A DNA stretch of 64,000 nt, taken from Adineta vaga. Taxonomy: Eukaryota; Animalia; Rotifera. This document shows positions 12,451-25,594 of this stretch, in pieces. Numbering within the stretch: position 1 is the stretch's first letter; each line of letters begins with the position of its first letter. The notes below the pieces were generated by a model that was not told the DNA's origin, made no database searches, and was given only the letters and a program-made list of their open reading frames with translations. The translations under genes were made by a program, and so were the position numbers. Where the stretch lies: contig CP075492.1 in NCBI GenBank assembly GCA_021613535.1, positions 5,208,001 to 5,272,000 on the forward strand, in the 5' to 3' direction.

Positions 12451-14766
12451 TCATGTATCAGGTGCCATAATCAATTGAAAAACATGTTGTCGTTTTCTTT
12501 CTTGATCGTTCTGATTCGAATGTTGAAGAGTTAATTTTTGTTCACATTTTTCGCAATAGATCAATGAAGGACAATGGATGCAATCAAATCGAATTCCACG
12601 AACAGTTTCATGACAACCATCACATCTGCAAAAGTTTACGCATTGAAAACAAGTAAAGCTTTCGATTTCATACTCACGTGATATTTTCATGTACGACAAG
12701 TTTAGTTTTCGGATCATGAAAATCAGGCATGACATCTTCTGGTTTTCTATCAGTTGTTGGTACGTACTTCTTAGCATCATTCCATGTAAAACTTTGACCA
12801 CAACCGGATTGATTATTTCCACCATGATAATCTTGTCCACATATCATAGATGCACAACCACCCATATGTTGTACAACTCGATTACAATGTGGACAGAGGC
12901 GACAATTAGTTTCTTTATATTTTTCATCAGCCAATAGATTCTTATATGTCTGTTGTAATTTTACATTTCGAGCTCTATTTGCTTTTTGTTCTCGTTCAAA
13001 TTCTTTCAATCGAGCAGCATACACAGCGTCTTCTCTTGCTCTTGTCTGTAGATAACGACCACGTTCTTCAAGTAAAATAAAAGAAGAATGACTTTCAAAA
13101 TGTATTTGTATATTCTACCTGTATTACACCAAAAGTACCATTGTTGAGTGATCTCAGCTAATTGTTGACAATTTGTTCGATAGTGATATTGATCATTGCA
13201 TAATGAACAAAATTCATGATTGCATAATCGACAAACTACACGAAATCGTTCCATAGATTCTCTGGTTCAAATGCCCATTTACAATTTTGATTAGGACATT
13301 TGATCACACCTCTTCCACTACCTGCGTATCTTTCGAATGTTTTCTGTACTTGATATTGAACGAATTTATCTTGTTCTGCAGGCAAAATTCTCAATTGTCT
13401 TAGTTCACCATAAGGAAGTTGATAGGAACAAATACCACATGTAATAACTTCATTATTATTCATTTTTGTTCTACATGATGTTTCATAACAGTTATAACAC
13501 AATTTATGACTATCTGGACAACCAAAAACATAGATATCATCGTACAGATACGATTCCATACATATATCACATAGACGACTAGGAAGTTCCAAGGGAAAAA
13601 CATTATCTATGTAATCGAAAAGTAGCGAACATATAGTTAAATTTTGAATGCACAGATTTTGGTCGAGGGAAAAAACTTACCAAATTCTGCAAGTGCTTCA
13701 ACAATTGAACGTGCATCGATGGGTCGATGATATTTCTTTTGTGTTTCAATAAAGAAATCAATCTGTTGAGCACTAAATGGATATTTGGTATGTGGAAGAA
13801 GAAATTCGACTAGTTTTTGTTGTCGATGCATTGGTTCATTGCAACATTGTCGAACATGTTCTTCGATTAATGTAATTCCATATGGACAATGACAATAATT
13901 ACAAGGTATGGCATTTTCAAGATCACATGAATCAACATGTTGATCAAAATCACCAATAGTATCTGGATCAATGTAGAAATGACATCGAGAACATTGAGGA
14001 CGTTTTTGATTTTGAACAAGAGTTAGAAGACGTCGATATATACCTTGTTCCAAAGGTATCAAGGATAGATCATGACGAGAGAGTTGATAGTCACAGAACA
14101 TAGAATGACATACAGGTATTGATCGAGTTTCAATACATTCATTCAATGATTTGTGAAGACAATACAGACAGTAGACATGACGAGACGAACATCAATTTGA
14201 AAGGCTGAACCATCATGGTGACTTATAGCGGATGCACTAGATAAACAGGTAACAGTTGAATAGTGTTTCACCTTAACAAAATAGAGGTTAACCAGATGAC
14301 TTACCAATTTAAACAAGAATCTTTTGTTTGTCCATTTGTAGTTGTGGAATTAATATCATCCGGTGATTGAGGAACACAAGCTTGAACATGAGCTACATAA
14401 TCTATTTCAGCAATTGGTTTGAAACACCAAATACAATCTCGAGTGAATTTTCGATTTGAGGTAGTAACTGTTTGTGAATCATTCTAAATGGTAGCTGTTT
14501 CAAGTTTGATGATTTTCTATCGATAAAATTACCTGTGGAAGAGATGATGCATCTACCATTTCATAGTCGTCTTCCTTATTATCAGTTTGACACGTTTGAC
14601 AATGTTGAAGTAAATTTTTGACTATTTTATTACACAATGGACATTGACCTACATTTAAATCATATGGATTGGTTTCTTCTTGGACAAAGCATTGTTGCAA
14701 ATGAGTTGAATACTGATTTGTATCAATTTTTAGTCTACATCGAATGCACGTTGTTTGTGTATCCAT
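12451..14766 (-). CDS. RBR (RING-IBR-RING2) E3 ubiquitin ligase with extra N-terminal zinc fingers and a C-terminal ZZ finger; two apparent 1-bp frameshifts
   Basis: RING1 CDIC...CPDSHKLCYNC, IBR CPNQNC...CRLCNHEFCSLC...H...C, RING2 CPHC...GGCASMIC...C, ZZ CDGC...RFDCIHC...CEKC. Introns are GT-AG. Frameshifts fall near 14190 and 13256. Confidence 0.85.
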
Positions 14767-15420
14767 AGACGACAACTCAGACGAATAATGATGAAACTCA
14801 TGCATGTTCTCCGATTGTTGATAGTTGGAAACTACCAACATACACCAAAAGACATGTTCTTCAAATAAAAAAAAAGGAAATTTTGTAAGCTTACTATTAT
14901 GATCAGTATCAGTTAAAGTCGTAGACTGGTCTATAGTGAAATTCAATGATGGATACATACGATAACAACTTTATTGTAATTGTATAGCTATAATCTAAGA
15001 AGAAATAAACTTAAAGTAACACACTTTCCTTCTTTCAAAACATTTGACATCTGAGGACGTAGACGTATAACGACATAACGATCAATCAACAGTAAATATA
15101 AGAGTAGAAAAATGTGACTAAATCCCCAACATCATTTTGATTCATCAATAAATTTATGAATATGACGAAAGAACAACAAATTACAGGTAAATATTGAAAG
15201 TTTCATCATTGCTTTATCAGCACACGTTTCAACTATAACGTCATTTTCTAACCGAAAACAATGTTTATTCTCTTCCTTTCATGATTCATAACTGATGTGA
15301 ATAAGCTTAGTTGTATTTTTTTATTAGCAACAATAATCCAACATATGAATACAAATAAATACTGGTATTATTTTATTAATTTTTTTCGATTCATATATTT
15401 AACCTATAGGAAAAACAGTA

Positions 15421-16431
15421 TTAACACATATTTATTCGATTCATTTTAACCCAAAAAACATTGATCGGCCATCCTTTCAACGCATTCGTTATATTCAAAA
15501 CCTTGCACGCATCTTCAGTTGGAGTATAATTACGTTTTGTTAAAAACTCAACTACATACATTCCAAACGCTTGATTATGAGCTATTTGATACCATTCAAT
15601 ATAAATAATAGGTACATCGATATAATCAAAAACTTGTTTTCCACTTTCAAAAATGTAATATTCATATCCTTCAATGTCAGCTTTAAGTAGAAATGTACGA
15701 AGTTGAGTATGTTTTATTATAGGTAGAATATCATCGAATCGTATTGTTTTGACTATATAAGGATTGTTTAACGATTGATTAACCTTAGATGTACCTTGAA
15801 TTCCTTGACCACCAACATTTTCTGGATACTTGGATAGTTGTAAATATTCTCCCGACGCTGAAAAAATAGCATTTCCAATGAGAATAATATTCTTTTGAAC
15901 ATTTTCAATTTGACTTGCTTTAACGATTCTATTGTAATTGGGCTGAAAACATTCAATTGCAATCACGAAACGATTCATGCTGGCAGCAAACATGGTATAT
16001 ATGCCAAAATTAGCTCCGACATCGATGAGAGCCATCTCAGGATATCGTAACAGAATACGAAATAGTAATTTAAGATGATTGCTTTCGTAAAGTTGATTTG
16101 AGAGAAATAAACTACTGAGAAAATCGGTACGATTATGTACACAGACTGTAGTTCGTGTGTCATTGAATAATTCACTTGTTTTCACACAAGTAAAATTTTC
16201 GGTCATGGGTACATTTAAATCAACGATGTTCACTATCGATGACACTTTACCCTGTAACTGCTGTTTATGGATTGATATTGCAGGAGAATTGTGTGATTGA
16301 ATTATTGTCAGACGACCTGTTTGATTCAAAACAAGAATACAGATTACTGCAATAACGATTATAATGATGAAAAGATTTCGTTGTGAAAAATCAACATGTG
16401 ATTTTTTCATTAAGACATTTTCAATCGCCAT
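15421..16431 (-). CDS. FkbM-family SAM methyltransferase with an N-terminal membrane anchor
   Basis: IDVGANFGIYT, VIAIE and LKADIEGYE motifs, plus a hydrophobic segment at aa ~20-36. Intronless. Confidence 0.88.
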   Translation of the reverse strand: MAIENVLMKKSHVDFSQRNLFIIIIVIAVICILVLNQTGRLTIIQSHNSPAISIHKQQLQGKVSSIVNIVDLNVPMTENFTCVKTSELFNDTRTTVCVHNRTDFLSSLFLSNQLYESNHLKLLFRILLRYPEMALIDVGANFGIYTMFAASMNRFVIAIECFQPNYNRIVKASQIENVQKNIILIGNAIFSASGEYLQLSKYPENVGGQGIQGTSKVNQSLNNPYIVKTIRFDDILPIIKHTQLRTFLLKADIEGYEYYIFESGKQVFDYIDVPIIYIEWYQIAHNQAFGMYVVEFLTKRNYTPTEDACKVLNITNALKGWPINVFWVKMNRINMC

Positions 16432-17184
16432 GTACTGCGAATTAATATATAACTGTAATGAAAAAGATGAAATAATGATGTTTACATTTGTGTTTATACC
16501 GCAAAACGTAAGGTACGAAGGAGAAGAAGAAAAAGGATAAAATAGAGAAAAACAAGGAGATACATATATTCACTATATTGAACGGCAATATCTCCACAAA
16601 ACAGACATCGACTAGGTTGATAGAATTTATCATAAAAGTGATAGAATTTATGAATAGTGTGCCTATTGACACAGTACCTTTGAGAAATAATCACGCAATT
16701 CCTTCCTCGTATATATATATACTAAAAAGTCTTTAATGTGAATATAATTGAAATCAACGGAAAGCGTTCCCTATAGTAAAGTGATCATTAAACAAAGTTT
16801 ATTTTCAAAACTACCCTCTGTAATTAAATCACAAATGTGATTCTCACAGTGAATTTTTAAATGAAATTCACATTTATTTTAATGATCAGATAGATACAAA
16901 TTTTCTTTCTAAATATTATATAGAATATTACAAACAGAGCTTTACACAAATCTTTTGTATTGATAATTGTCTATAGTGACTTTAAACCAACTATCAACAA
17001 ACTTATAGAGTTTTATTCATTCTCATACTTCTTTTTGAATTTGAAACTTACATCAGATATAGTTGCTTGGATGAATTTGTCATCAGACACATAAGAAGAA
17101 AGTCATTGATATGATAATTATAACAGTCTCCTATATTATGATATTCATGATCGTTTTTAGAGTTGTTGAAAGTTAACTTTAGTT

Positions 17185-17623
17185 ATGAGTATTAAATTAT
17201 ATCAAGTTGATGCTTTTACTGATCAACTGTTTAGTGGAAATCCAGCTGCTGTATGTCCATTGAATAAATGGTTACCTGATTCATTGCTTCAAAAATTTGC
17301 TACTGAAAATACTCTTGCTGATATAACATGTTTTATTCGAAAATCTACCAAAAATGAATATGAACTTCGATGGTTTACATCTGAGTTAGAAATAGACTTA
17401 TGTGGTCATGCAACAAGAGGATGATTTATATACTTTGGATTTTCCAGCTCGTCCAGCAGAAAAAGTTAATCTACCTAATGCATTGTTCTTCGGTTTTGCA
17501 AAAATCAGTGCTGTTTTGGGTGTTATTGCTACTACACCTCGTGATCAAGTTCTCCTGTCAGGAAAAGTAGTTATCCATTTAAAAGGTGAACGAATTGATG
17601 CGAAGCACCATACTTATCTGTAA
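17185..17623 (+). pseudogene. phzF: PhzF-family isomerase, internally deleted and frameshifted
   Basis: YQVDAFTDQLFSGNPAAV, LRWFT..EIDLCGHAT, TLDFP and VLLSGK..HLKGE are present, but only ~145 codons of a normally ~260-290 aa protein remain. Confidence 0.85.
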
Positions 17624-17773
17624 TATTAAATTTCTATCCTTTTATTATTTTAATTTAAAGAAAGAGAAAAATAGCCATGTGACGTGAATTACTTTTCTTA
17701 TCAAGAGAGAAAAATTGAGGAGTCATAAAAGAGAGGACAAAAGAAATCTTGAATTTCTACGAGGAAGAAACAA

Positions 17774-20610
17774 ATGTCGACACAAATAATATTAATCTGG
17801 TGTAGTGTTGAAAATATGGATACAAAATATGATGAATATACGTTAAATGTTTATTCTAATCATCAAATTTGTATGGATTATATAAAATCAATTCCAAAAA
17901 CGGAAACAATTTTTCTAATCATTTCGTTTTCGTTTGTTAATGCAATGTTACCTGAAATTCATAATTTAAGACAATTGAATTCCATTTTTCTCTATTTAAC
18001 GGAAAAAGAACATCAAATAAACGATAGCTTTTTAAATAAATATTCGAAAATCATTGGTACATATTCGAAAATCGAAGATTTATTCTTCTCGATTAAAAAA
18101 AATCATCAATATGTGATACAGAACAGTGAATCATTTAAATTCTACAAACAAAATCAAAAATCGATTCGTGATTTATCCAAAGAAGCTGGATCATTTCTTT
18201 GGTTACGATTATTCAAAGATGTTATTTTAAAATTACCACACGATGAACAAGCTAAACAAGAAATGATTGAGAAATTAAAAGAATGTTATCATAATGATAA
18301 TCAACAGTTGAAATCTATCGAAAAATTCAATCAAGAATACGATTCCGACCATGCAATTCTATATTATACAAAAGAACTCTTTTTATACACACAATTAAAT
18401 CGAGCTTTACGTACCGAAGATATTGATTTATTGTATAAATTTCGATATTTCATAATTGATTTGTCTACCAATCTTTTCAAAGAAAATCAATTATCAAAAG
18501 AACTTAATGATTCAGAATTAAAGTTATTTCGTGGTGTTAAATTATCACGTGAAGAAGCACAAAAATTAGAAGACAATGTCGGAAAACTTATTTCAACGAA
18601 TGGATATCTATCAACAAGTTTAGTGAAAGAAGTTGCTTCATCATTTCACGATTCATTAACAGAAGATGAAACGAATATTCTGTTTGAAATTTCATGTGAT
18701 TTAGAAACTATCAATTTTGTAATTATGGCACCAATATTTCATTTAAGTCAACATCATTTCGAAGAGGAAGTTTTATTTGATTTCGATTCAACATTTGAAA
18801 TCTTATCTGTGTGTAAAAATGAATCATTAAATCAACTTGTAGTCAAAATGAAAGTTACTGATGAAGGTTCAATACTTGCGCAAGAATATATCAAACAACA
18901 TCAATATCAAATAGCTACTAATAGTGCAATGCTTATCTATGGTCGTCTTTTAAATGAAATAGGACAATACGATAAAAGTCAACATTACTTTGAAAATCTA
19001 TTAAATAAATCGAATGAATCTGATCAAGTATTTATTCATTATCATCTCGGTATAATCCATTGTAATAAAGGACATTATGAAAAGGCTTTAGAATATTATC
19101 AGACTTCCTATGATATATTAACAAAAACAATAGCACCATCATCATCATCATCATCATCACAGAAAGCATCAATAGCAAATGTATTGAATGATATTGGAAC
19201 AGTTTATAATATCAAAGGAGATTATGAAACATCTCTTGATTATTATCATCGTTCATTAGAAATCGCTCAACAACATTCGATTTATTCCACAATAGCAATC
19301 TGTTTCGGAAGTATTGCCAATGTTTATCGTATTCAAGGTAAATATGATTTTGCATTAGATTATCAAATGAAATGTCTTAAAATCAAAAAACATTATCTTC
19401 CAACTGAACATAAAGAAATTGCACGAACATTAGATCATCTTGCTGCTATCTACAATGATAAAGATGATCTTAACAATGCAATGTTATATCATGAAGAAAG
19501 TTTGAAAATGAATAAACATTGTCTTCCCATTGAACATGATTTAATCGGATCAAATTTTCATCATATTGCGACAATTTATACAAATCAAGGAAGATATAAT
19601 GATGCATTATGTTATTACAATCGTTCTTTACATATTAAACAAAGAATTTTTCCTAATGGACATTTAAGTATTGTTAAAATTCTGAATAAAATTGGTTATA
19701 TCTATTATTTACAAAAAGATTATGATCAAGCATTGAATTATTTGAATCGATCATTACAAATGAGAGAACATTTCTTTTCTGATATTAATGATATTAGTCT
19801 TCTTCATAATTTAACGTATATCGGACTTGTATTGACAAAACAACAGAAACTTTTAGAAGCATTGGCATCGTTGACACGTGCAGAGACTCTCGCAAAAAAC
19901 TTGTTACCTGTTGGTCATGAAGATATGACAGATTGTTTAACAAATATGGCTATTTTATATCGTGAAATGAAAGATTATAGTAAAGCATCCGAATATTTTG
20001 ACAAAGCTTCACAAAATGAAGAACAAAATTGTATAAAGCCAAATTTGATACGATTAGCTCGAATTTATGATAATTTAGGTATTTGTTTATGTTATCAAGA
20101 TAATGATAAAACTGGAATTGCATATCGAATGAAAGCAGTTCGATTGATTGTGCAAGCATCTCCCCGTGTTCAACATGCGGATTGGATTGATACTGTTGCA
20201 AATGTATGTTTCGAAAAAGAATTGTATGTTTATGCATTTGAATGTTATTTATTAAGTTTAAATATGAGATTAGAATGTCTTCCAAATGATCATCTTGATG
20301 TCGCTGAAAGTTTAATGTTTCTTGGTGATGTTCATGTGAAAATAGATATTCAAAATAAAGCTCTAATGTATTATGAACAAGCATTGAATATTTATGAAGA
20401 TAAAGAACATTTTAATAGTATTTATGTTTTAAATTCGATGGGAACAGTCTATGAAAATATGCATCAGTATCATCTTGCATTGAACTACTTTACAAGAACG
20501 CTGTATTTGCAGAAAAATACTTTCCATTAAATGAATCTGTTAAAACAACAAATCAAAGTAATGTGAATCGTATTCAAGAATTAATTAATGTCAATTCTTC
20601 TGCTGACTAA
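17774..20610 (+). CDS. R-S-E mono-ADP-ribosyltransferase with a long TPR array
   Basis: LNRALR, LFRG, GYLSTS and EEEVLF, followed by more than 10 kinesin-light-chain-like TPRs. The ORF stops at 20530, but one extra A in the run at ~20513-20517 extends it (KYFPLNES...SSAD*) to 20610. Confidence 0.9.
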
Positions 20611-20875
20611 GGTTCTTTTCTTGTTACTTACTATATAAATTAACTAAATCGTGTGCCATCTAATGATGATCTTGATTATACTAAAAATCATGTTTCATAT
20701 AGAGCAATGTAAGCCTATAGTTTGGTATTGATACCAAAAATTACGAGGACACCATTTTCAATAGTTGAATTTTATTGATTTAAAGGGATAAAATGAAGTT
20801 CATTTATCTTGTGATGAAAGTGTTTTGTATGCAAATAATGTAGAAGTGTTAGTATTTTTGTCGACTAAATATTTT

Positions 20876-22903
20876 TTAATTATATAAAGTGTTATCAAAC
20901 GAAAAGATTGAATAATGTAAAAGCTTCCAAGTTAGAAGAGTAACTATATACCATCGAGAGAAGTCTTTTTGTGATGCCACTGATGTACGATGTATATTTG
21001 AAGTACTTGTGGAAACTGTACTGTTAGAATTTATAGTACTTGATGTAGAACTATTTCCAATAGTTGATGTAGTTGTAGTAATAACAATATTCGTCGATGA
21101 TGTACTACTTGTCGTTGAGGTGCTACTAGTAGTTGTTGATTGGTAAGTATTGACTTGCACACCTGATGCTGTTGGAATTACTGGTGGAGGAAATGATGAA
21201 TTAAATGCTGATGCAGAGATATTAATTATACTACTTAAGTTTGCAAGACATGGACTTGTCGTATCATAGAGATAATATTGATTAATAACTGATTGAGTAT
21301 TAACAACAGTATTATCATAAGCAGTTATATTTCGACTATTACAAAATATAACAGGCGCTATAGAATTATTTGTAGCAAGATAATTTCCACTGAGAACTAC
21401 ACCATCTACATTAGTACATTGTATCATACCTCCACTATATGGTCCATTGTAAAATGTTGAAGATGTTATTTTAATATTGTACATTACGGGAACTAGTTGA
21501 GTTGGATCGGGTGCCATTGTGATAACTCCACTTTGCCGATAAAGTCCTTGATTACAATTAATAAAGACATTTTCACTTAAAATCATATTTCGTGGTGCAG
21601 GACCTTCATTCCAATAGAGTGATGGTTGAAAGAGAATTGCTGGTGCACTTGTACCATTGAACAATGATTTTGTAATATGAACATTTTGCGTTGATAATAG
21701 AATACCACGTGCTCTATTATTTGTTACAGTTAAATTTCGTATTGTTAATGTAAGATTATCAACAACACAAACTCTATCACCCACATTTACACTAATTGAA
21801 CTAGTAAATGTAAATAATCGTGAAGTTGAATTGATACTTGTTGAGGAGGCAACAATGGCACTTGTATAAGGTGTAAATGGTTGTGAACTAGTACTGAACT
21901 CTACATTAGTTCCAATACCAATATTAAGTGTATCTTCCCAATTGTTGGTTTTGATGATTAATGCTGTTGAATTAAGTTTTTGTACTACTTCGAACACAAA
22001 TGCTTGGACATTTAATCCGTCATCACCTTGCCCTTCACATGAACAATCCTCTATATTAATAAATTCTCGACTATCACCAAAATGCATACAATCACCTGAT
22101 GTACTTAACCAACGTCCATCACGTGGTTTAACATGATAATCAATCATATGTAAACGTCGTGTTCGTGACGTATAAATACCAAAATACCAGGCTGTATAGA
22201 TGGTCAATGATTGAATAGTCAGATCTGTCACATCTTGTCCGTATAAAGCATGTATTGTAAAAGAATAACGAGCTACAATTGCATCACCAACGACAAACTG
22301 TGTGGGAAATTGTAGATATATTCGTAAGGTTCCATTTGAAATTAAGGTTGTATTTTTATTTGCTGGAGGTGTTTGATAAATTTCATATGTTTTATTACCG
22401 ATGGCTGGTTTTTTCAATACTGGATCATATCGAAAAATTGCTCCAACTTTTTGACCAACATCAGTTTGATGAGGTGCAACGACTTGTAAGTCAAGATAAC
22501 TTGAAGTGACACTTACGACATATCCAGCTGTGAATGGTAATGGATTAAAATCAATAGCAAATGCTTTGATTGTTACTTGTTGACTATTGATAGTGTAGAA
22601 TAAAGGTATCGGAGAATGAACAAGAAGTAATGTTTGATCCATACCTTGTCCTGTAAGTGTAAAACCAATCGCACCATAAATATAAATAGTTCCCGAAAAA
22701 TCATATGTTCCAGATTGAAAGAGAACAACATTATTTGTTCCATTCGATACAGCAGCAGCAATAGCATTTTGTGTTGCGCTTGTATCATCGATATTATCGT
22801 TGGGATAAGCACCAAAGCTTGCTACAGGAAAAATCAATCCTTGAGAGTAAAAACATTGAATTGATATAATAAAAAGGATGAAATATTCATGAACAAACAC
22901 CAT
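20876..22903 (-). CDS. Secreted right-handed beta-helix glycoside hydrolase-like protein (GH110 alpha-galactosidase-like) with a Ser/Thr stalk
   Basis: Signal peptide; FGAYPNDNIDDT, DFNPLPFT, GQGDDGLNV, NNRARGILL and WNEGP motifs; S/T-rich region and hydrophobic C-terminus. Intronless. Confidence 0.75.
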   Translation of the reverse strand: MVFVHEYFILFIISIQCFYSQGLIFPVASFGAYPNDNIDDTSATQNAIAAAVSNGTNNVVLFQSGTYDFSGTIYIYGAIGFTLTGQGMDQTLLLVHSPIPLFYTINSQQVTIKAFAIDFNPLPFTAGYVVSVTSSYLDLQVVAPHQTDVGQKVGAIFRYDPVLKKPAIGNKTYEIYQTPPANKNTTLISNGTLRIYLQFPTQFVVGDAIVARYSFTIHALYGQDVTDLTIQSLTIYTAWYFGIYTSRTRRLHMIDYHVKPRDGRWLSTSGDCMHFGDSREFINIEDCSCEGQGDDGLNVQAFVFEVVQKLNSTALIIKTNNWEDTLNIGIGTNVEFSTSSQPFTPYTSAIVASSTSINSTSRLFTFTSSISVNVGDRVCVVDNLTLTIRNLTVTNNRARGILLSTQNVHITKSLFNGTSAPAILFQPSLYWNEGPAPRNMILSENVFINCNQGLYRQSGVITMAPDPTQLVPVMYNIKITSSTFYNGPYSGGMIQCTNVDGVVLSGNYLATNNSIAPVIFCNSRNITAYDNTVVNTQSVINQYYLYDTTSPCLANLSSIINISASAFNSSFPPPVIPTASGVQVNTYQSTTTSSTSTTSSTSSTNIVITTTTSTIGNSSTSSTINSNSTVSTSTSNIHRTSVASQKDFSRWYIVTLLTWKLLHYSIFSFDNTLYN

Positions 22904-23531
22904 ATTGATTGTGTCAAATTGTCACTTGGTTAATTCACCTGACATAACAGGCACGATAAAAGCCATTTTATATATGAATGTACGAAAACTTACAGGGAAA
23001 TATTGTTATTATTATCAAATAATATCGGACGATAATTAAACGATATAAAATGTACTTTAATGATCGATAAAAGCCTTACAATGAATCTTTTCAGCATCAT
23101 TTTAATCGTATTTTTCTTTACTGGTTTAAAAAGCAGTTATGAAAACTAAGCATCAAGAGCAAACAAATCGGTGAGTAAACATTTGAAATTTTCTTTTCTG
23201 TATTGTTTGTGCTTTGAAAACAGCAACGTTAATATTTGAAAGAGATTTTTTTTCTATACATATTTGCTGAGTACTGATCGAAAAATTTGACTCTCATGAT
23301 TTCGGTTATTTTTGGTCTGTTGATCTTCCAGCAAATGTGTCATCCATTTCAAAGATAATTATCACGCTCATTTTTCTTTATTAATATCAATGTACACAAA
23401 ACAATGATAGAATTCCATGCTCGATGAACAGCAAACTAATGTTAGTAATCCTGTTTTTATGATAAATATTGAACTGATTAATAAAAGAAAAATTTTTATT
23501 TCAACCATATTTCCATTGAAATTAGCTGAAG

Positions 23532-23768
23532 TTAATCCCATGTGTCCACTAGGTGGACAAACTGCCGGATACTAACTTCTGTATCGATCCGACGAACAAT
23601 CCTTACAGTTTTAGAGATAGTAAACATTGCTTGATTCTCTGCTTTACATCCGACATCCTTACAACCGACACAGTGACAAACAAGGGAGCTGGTAATAATC
23701 GCCATTTGAAAATAAATCATAATTAATAGAAAAACAGCTGTTATTCTTCGCTTCATTTTTTTGTTCAT
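23532..23768 (-). CDS. Small secreted Cys-rich protein, exon structure unresolved
   Basis: Signal-like MKRRITAVFLLIMIYFQMAIITSS followed by LVCHCVGCKDVGC. Confidence 0.35.
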   Translation of the reverse strand: MNKKMKRRITAVFLLIMIYFQMAIITSSLVCHCVGCKDVGCKAENQAMFTISKTVRIVRRIDTEVSIRQFVHLVDTWD

Positions 23769-24169
23769 TCATTGTCGATATTCGACATTATATTTCGAAA
23801 AACTTTACTAAGACAGATGCAGGATAGTTTGTTTTTGAATATCGTGTTCGTTGATAAATGTGATAATCTGACATTAGAAGTATAGAAACAGAATTTCCTG
23901 TTAGTTTTAACGTACTCTCAAAAGGAAATCAAATAACCTATGAAGCGTAAAATTCAAATGATTGTTCATAATCTATATACGAAAATGATTCTTTCGTAAA
24001 CTTGCCATTTTTTCTTCTTTTCTGATAAAAGCAAATAGTTCATCCATCCGTCTATTACCCTCTGAATTCTCATGTTGTTATATAAAAGATAAATTACTAC
24101 ATTGCATTTAACAGGAGAATTAAAGCATAAATAGCAACTATAAACATGCACCATGCATAGAAATGATCA

Positions 24170-24790
24170 TGTCATTACTATATATTATCGATTAATTGTA
24201 TATTTGTGTTGGTGTAGTTTTTCTTACTGCTGAAGTTAATGGAGTTAATTTTTTTATATTTTCTATGATTCGTCAATATCGTACGACAGCGTGCACATTT
24301 TATTTTCTAATTACTTCGCTTGGCATAATACTCTTCATATTTTAATTAATTTAATAGCAAGAATAGTCACTGCGATTAATAAATTTGATAGAACTATCAT
24401 ATCGTTGACTTGATTTATACCATATGAGCATTTTTTTTCTCTCAGTTCGACTTCGTCATTGCAGCAATATCAAATGGACAAATCGCATTGTCATAATTAC
24501 GATTATTATTTCGTCTATTCATGACAGTTTTGCTGCGGTTTATAATCATACTTCATCAAGTCCATGTACATCTGTCAACACAACTTATGCGGCTTATTAT
24601 ATAACGATATATGCTCCTGTTATCACTTGTGCTTTACCTTCTTAGCAATGATTGTTTTCGGATAGTCAACTTACCATTATCTTAGTTTAACAATCACTCT
24701 TACTCGTGAACAAGCTGATCGTCAATTAGTACGAATAACTCTACTTACTGGACTTTTTGTTATTCTACCGGTGATGTTCATACTAATATC
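24170..24790 (+). pseudogene. Decayed rhodopsin-like GPCR
   Basis: RQYRTTACTFYFLITSL, SVRLRHCSNIKWTNRIVII and ADRQLVRITL resemble the intact GPCR at 36368. Multiple stops and frameshifts. Confidence 0.65.
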
Positions 24791-25304
24791 AGATATGATA
24801 GTCTAATCTAATCAGTGATTAAAAAATCTTCTCATTTAAACTGATATGTTTCATTTATTAGTAGATTTATAAGAATCTTATAATTCCTAATAATTTATAT
24901 CTCATTTATAATTTTATTAAATTTTATGAGATATTCATGTTGATGATGTGCTATACGGAATATATATAAAATCTTATTTATCACTCATAGTCATGATAAT
25001 TAAACTATAAACACAATATATTCGAATAAAATCATTTCTGGAGACAAATATACATTCATGAGTATCTTTAGTTGATGAACTGCGTTATCATGTGTTACGA
25101 CAAAGTTTAACTATTTTAAATATTATTACAGTTCTGCCTATATGTAGGTTTGTACGTCAGAATGCATGAGAATACTATTCGGTAGACTTATCTTGATTCC
25201 ATCAGTCGAAAAAGCAGATTTGTGTCTATTTTTATCTCTGAACTTTTACTATCTCATGAACATATTGTCACAAATGATCATCTCAACGAAATCTGACTAT
25301 AATA

Positions 25305-25594
25305 CCCAGACAAAAAAAATCGATAAAAAAACGCGATTCGCGAGAAAAAAACAACGTTCTTATGTTGGTTTTTTCCCAACAAAACGTATATTCACCGTGT
25401 TAAAAAATACACTTTTGTCCCCGTATAAACGATGTTTTTTCTTCCCGACAGAAAATAGGCAATAACAACGTTTGTACGCGCACAAAAGTGTATTTTATAA
25501 CGTAGTTAATAAAGGTTCTGTTGGAAAAAAACAACATAAGAACGTTGTTTTTTTCTCGCGAATCGCGTTTTTTTATCGATTTTTTCTGCCTGAG
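25305..25594. mobile_element. MITE / fold-back element (~290 bp) with TA target duplication
   Basis: Left arm ta|cccagacaaaaaaaatcgataaaaaaacgcgattcgcgagaaaaaaacaacgttcttatgttg is the near-perfect reverse complement of the right arm ending ttttttctgcctgag|ta. The arms span ~130 bp. Confidence 0.88.
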
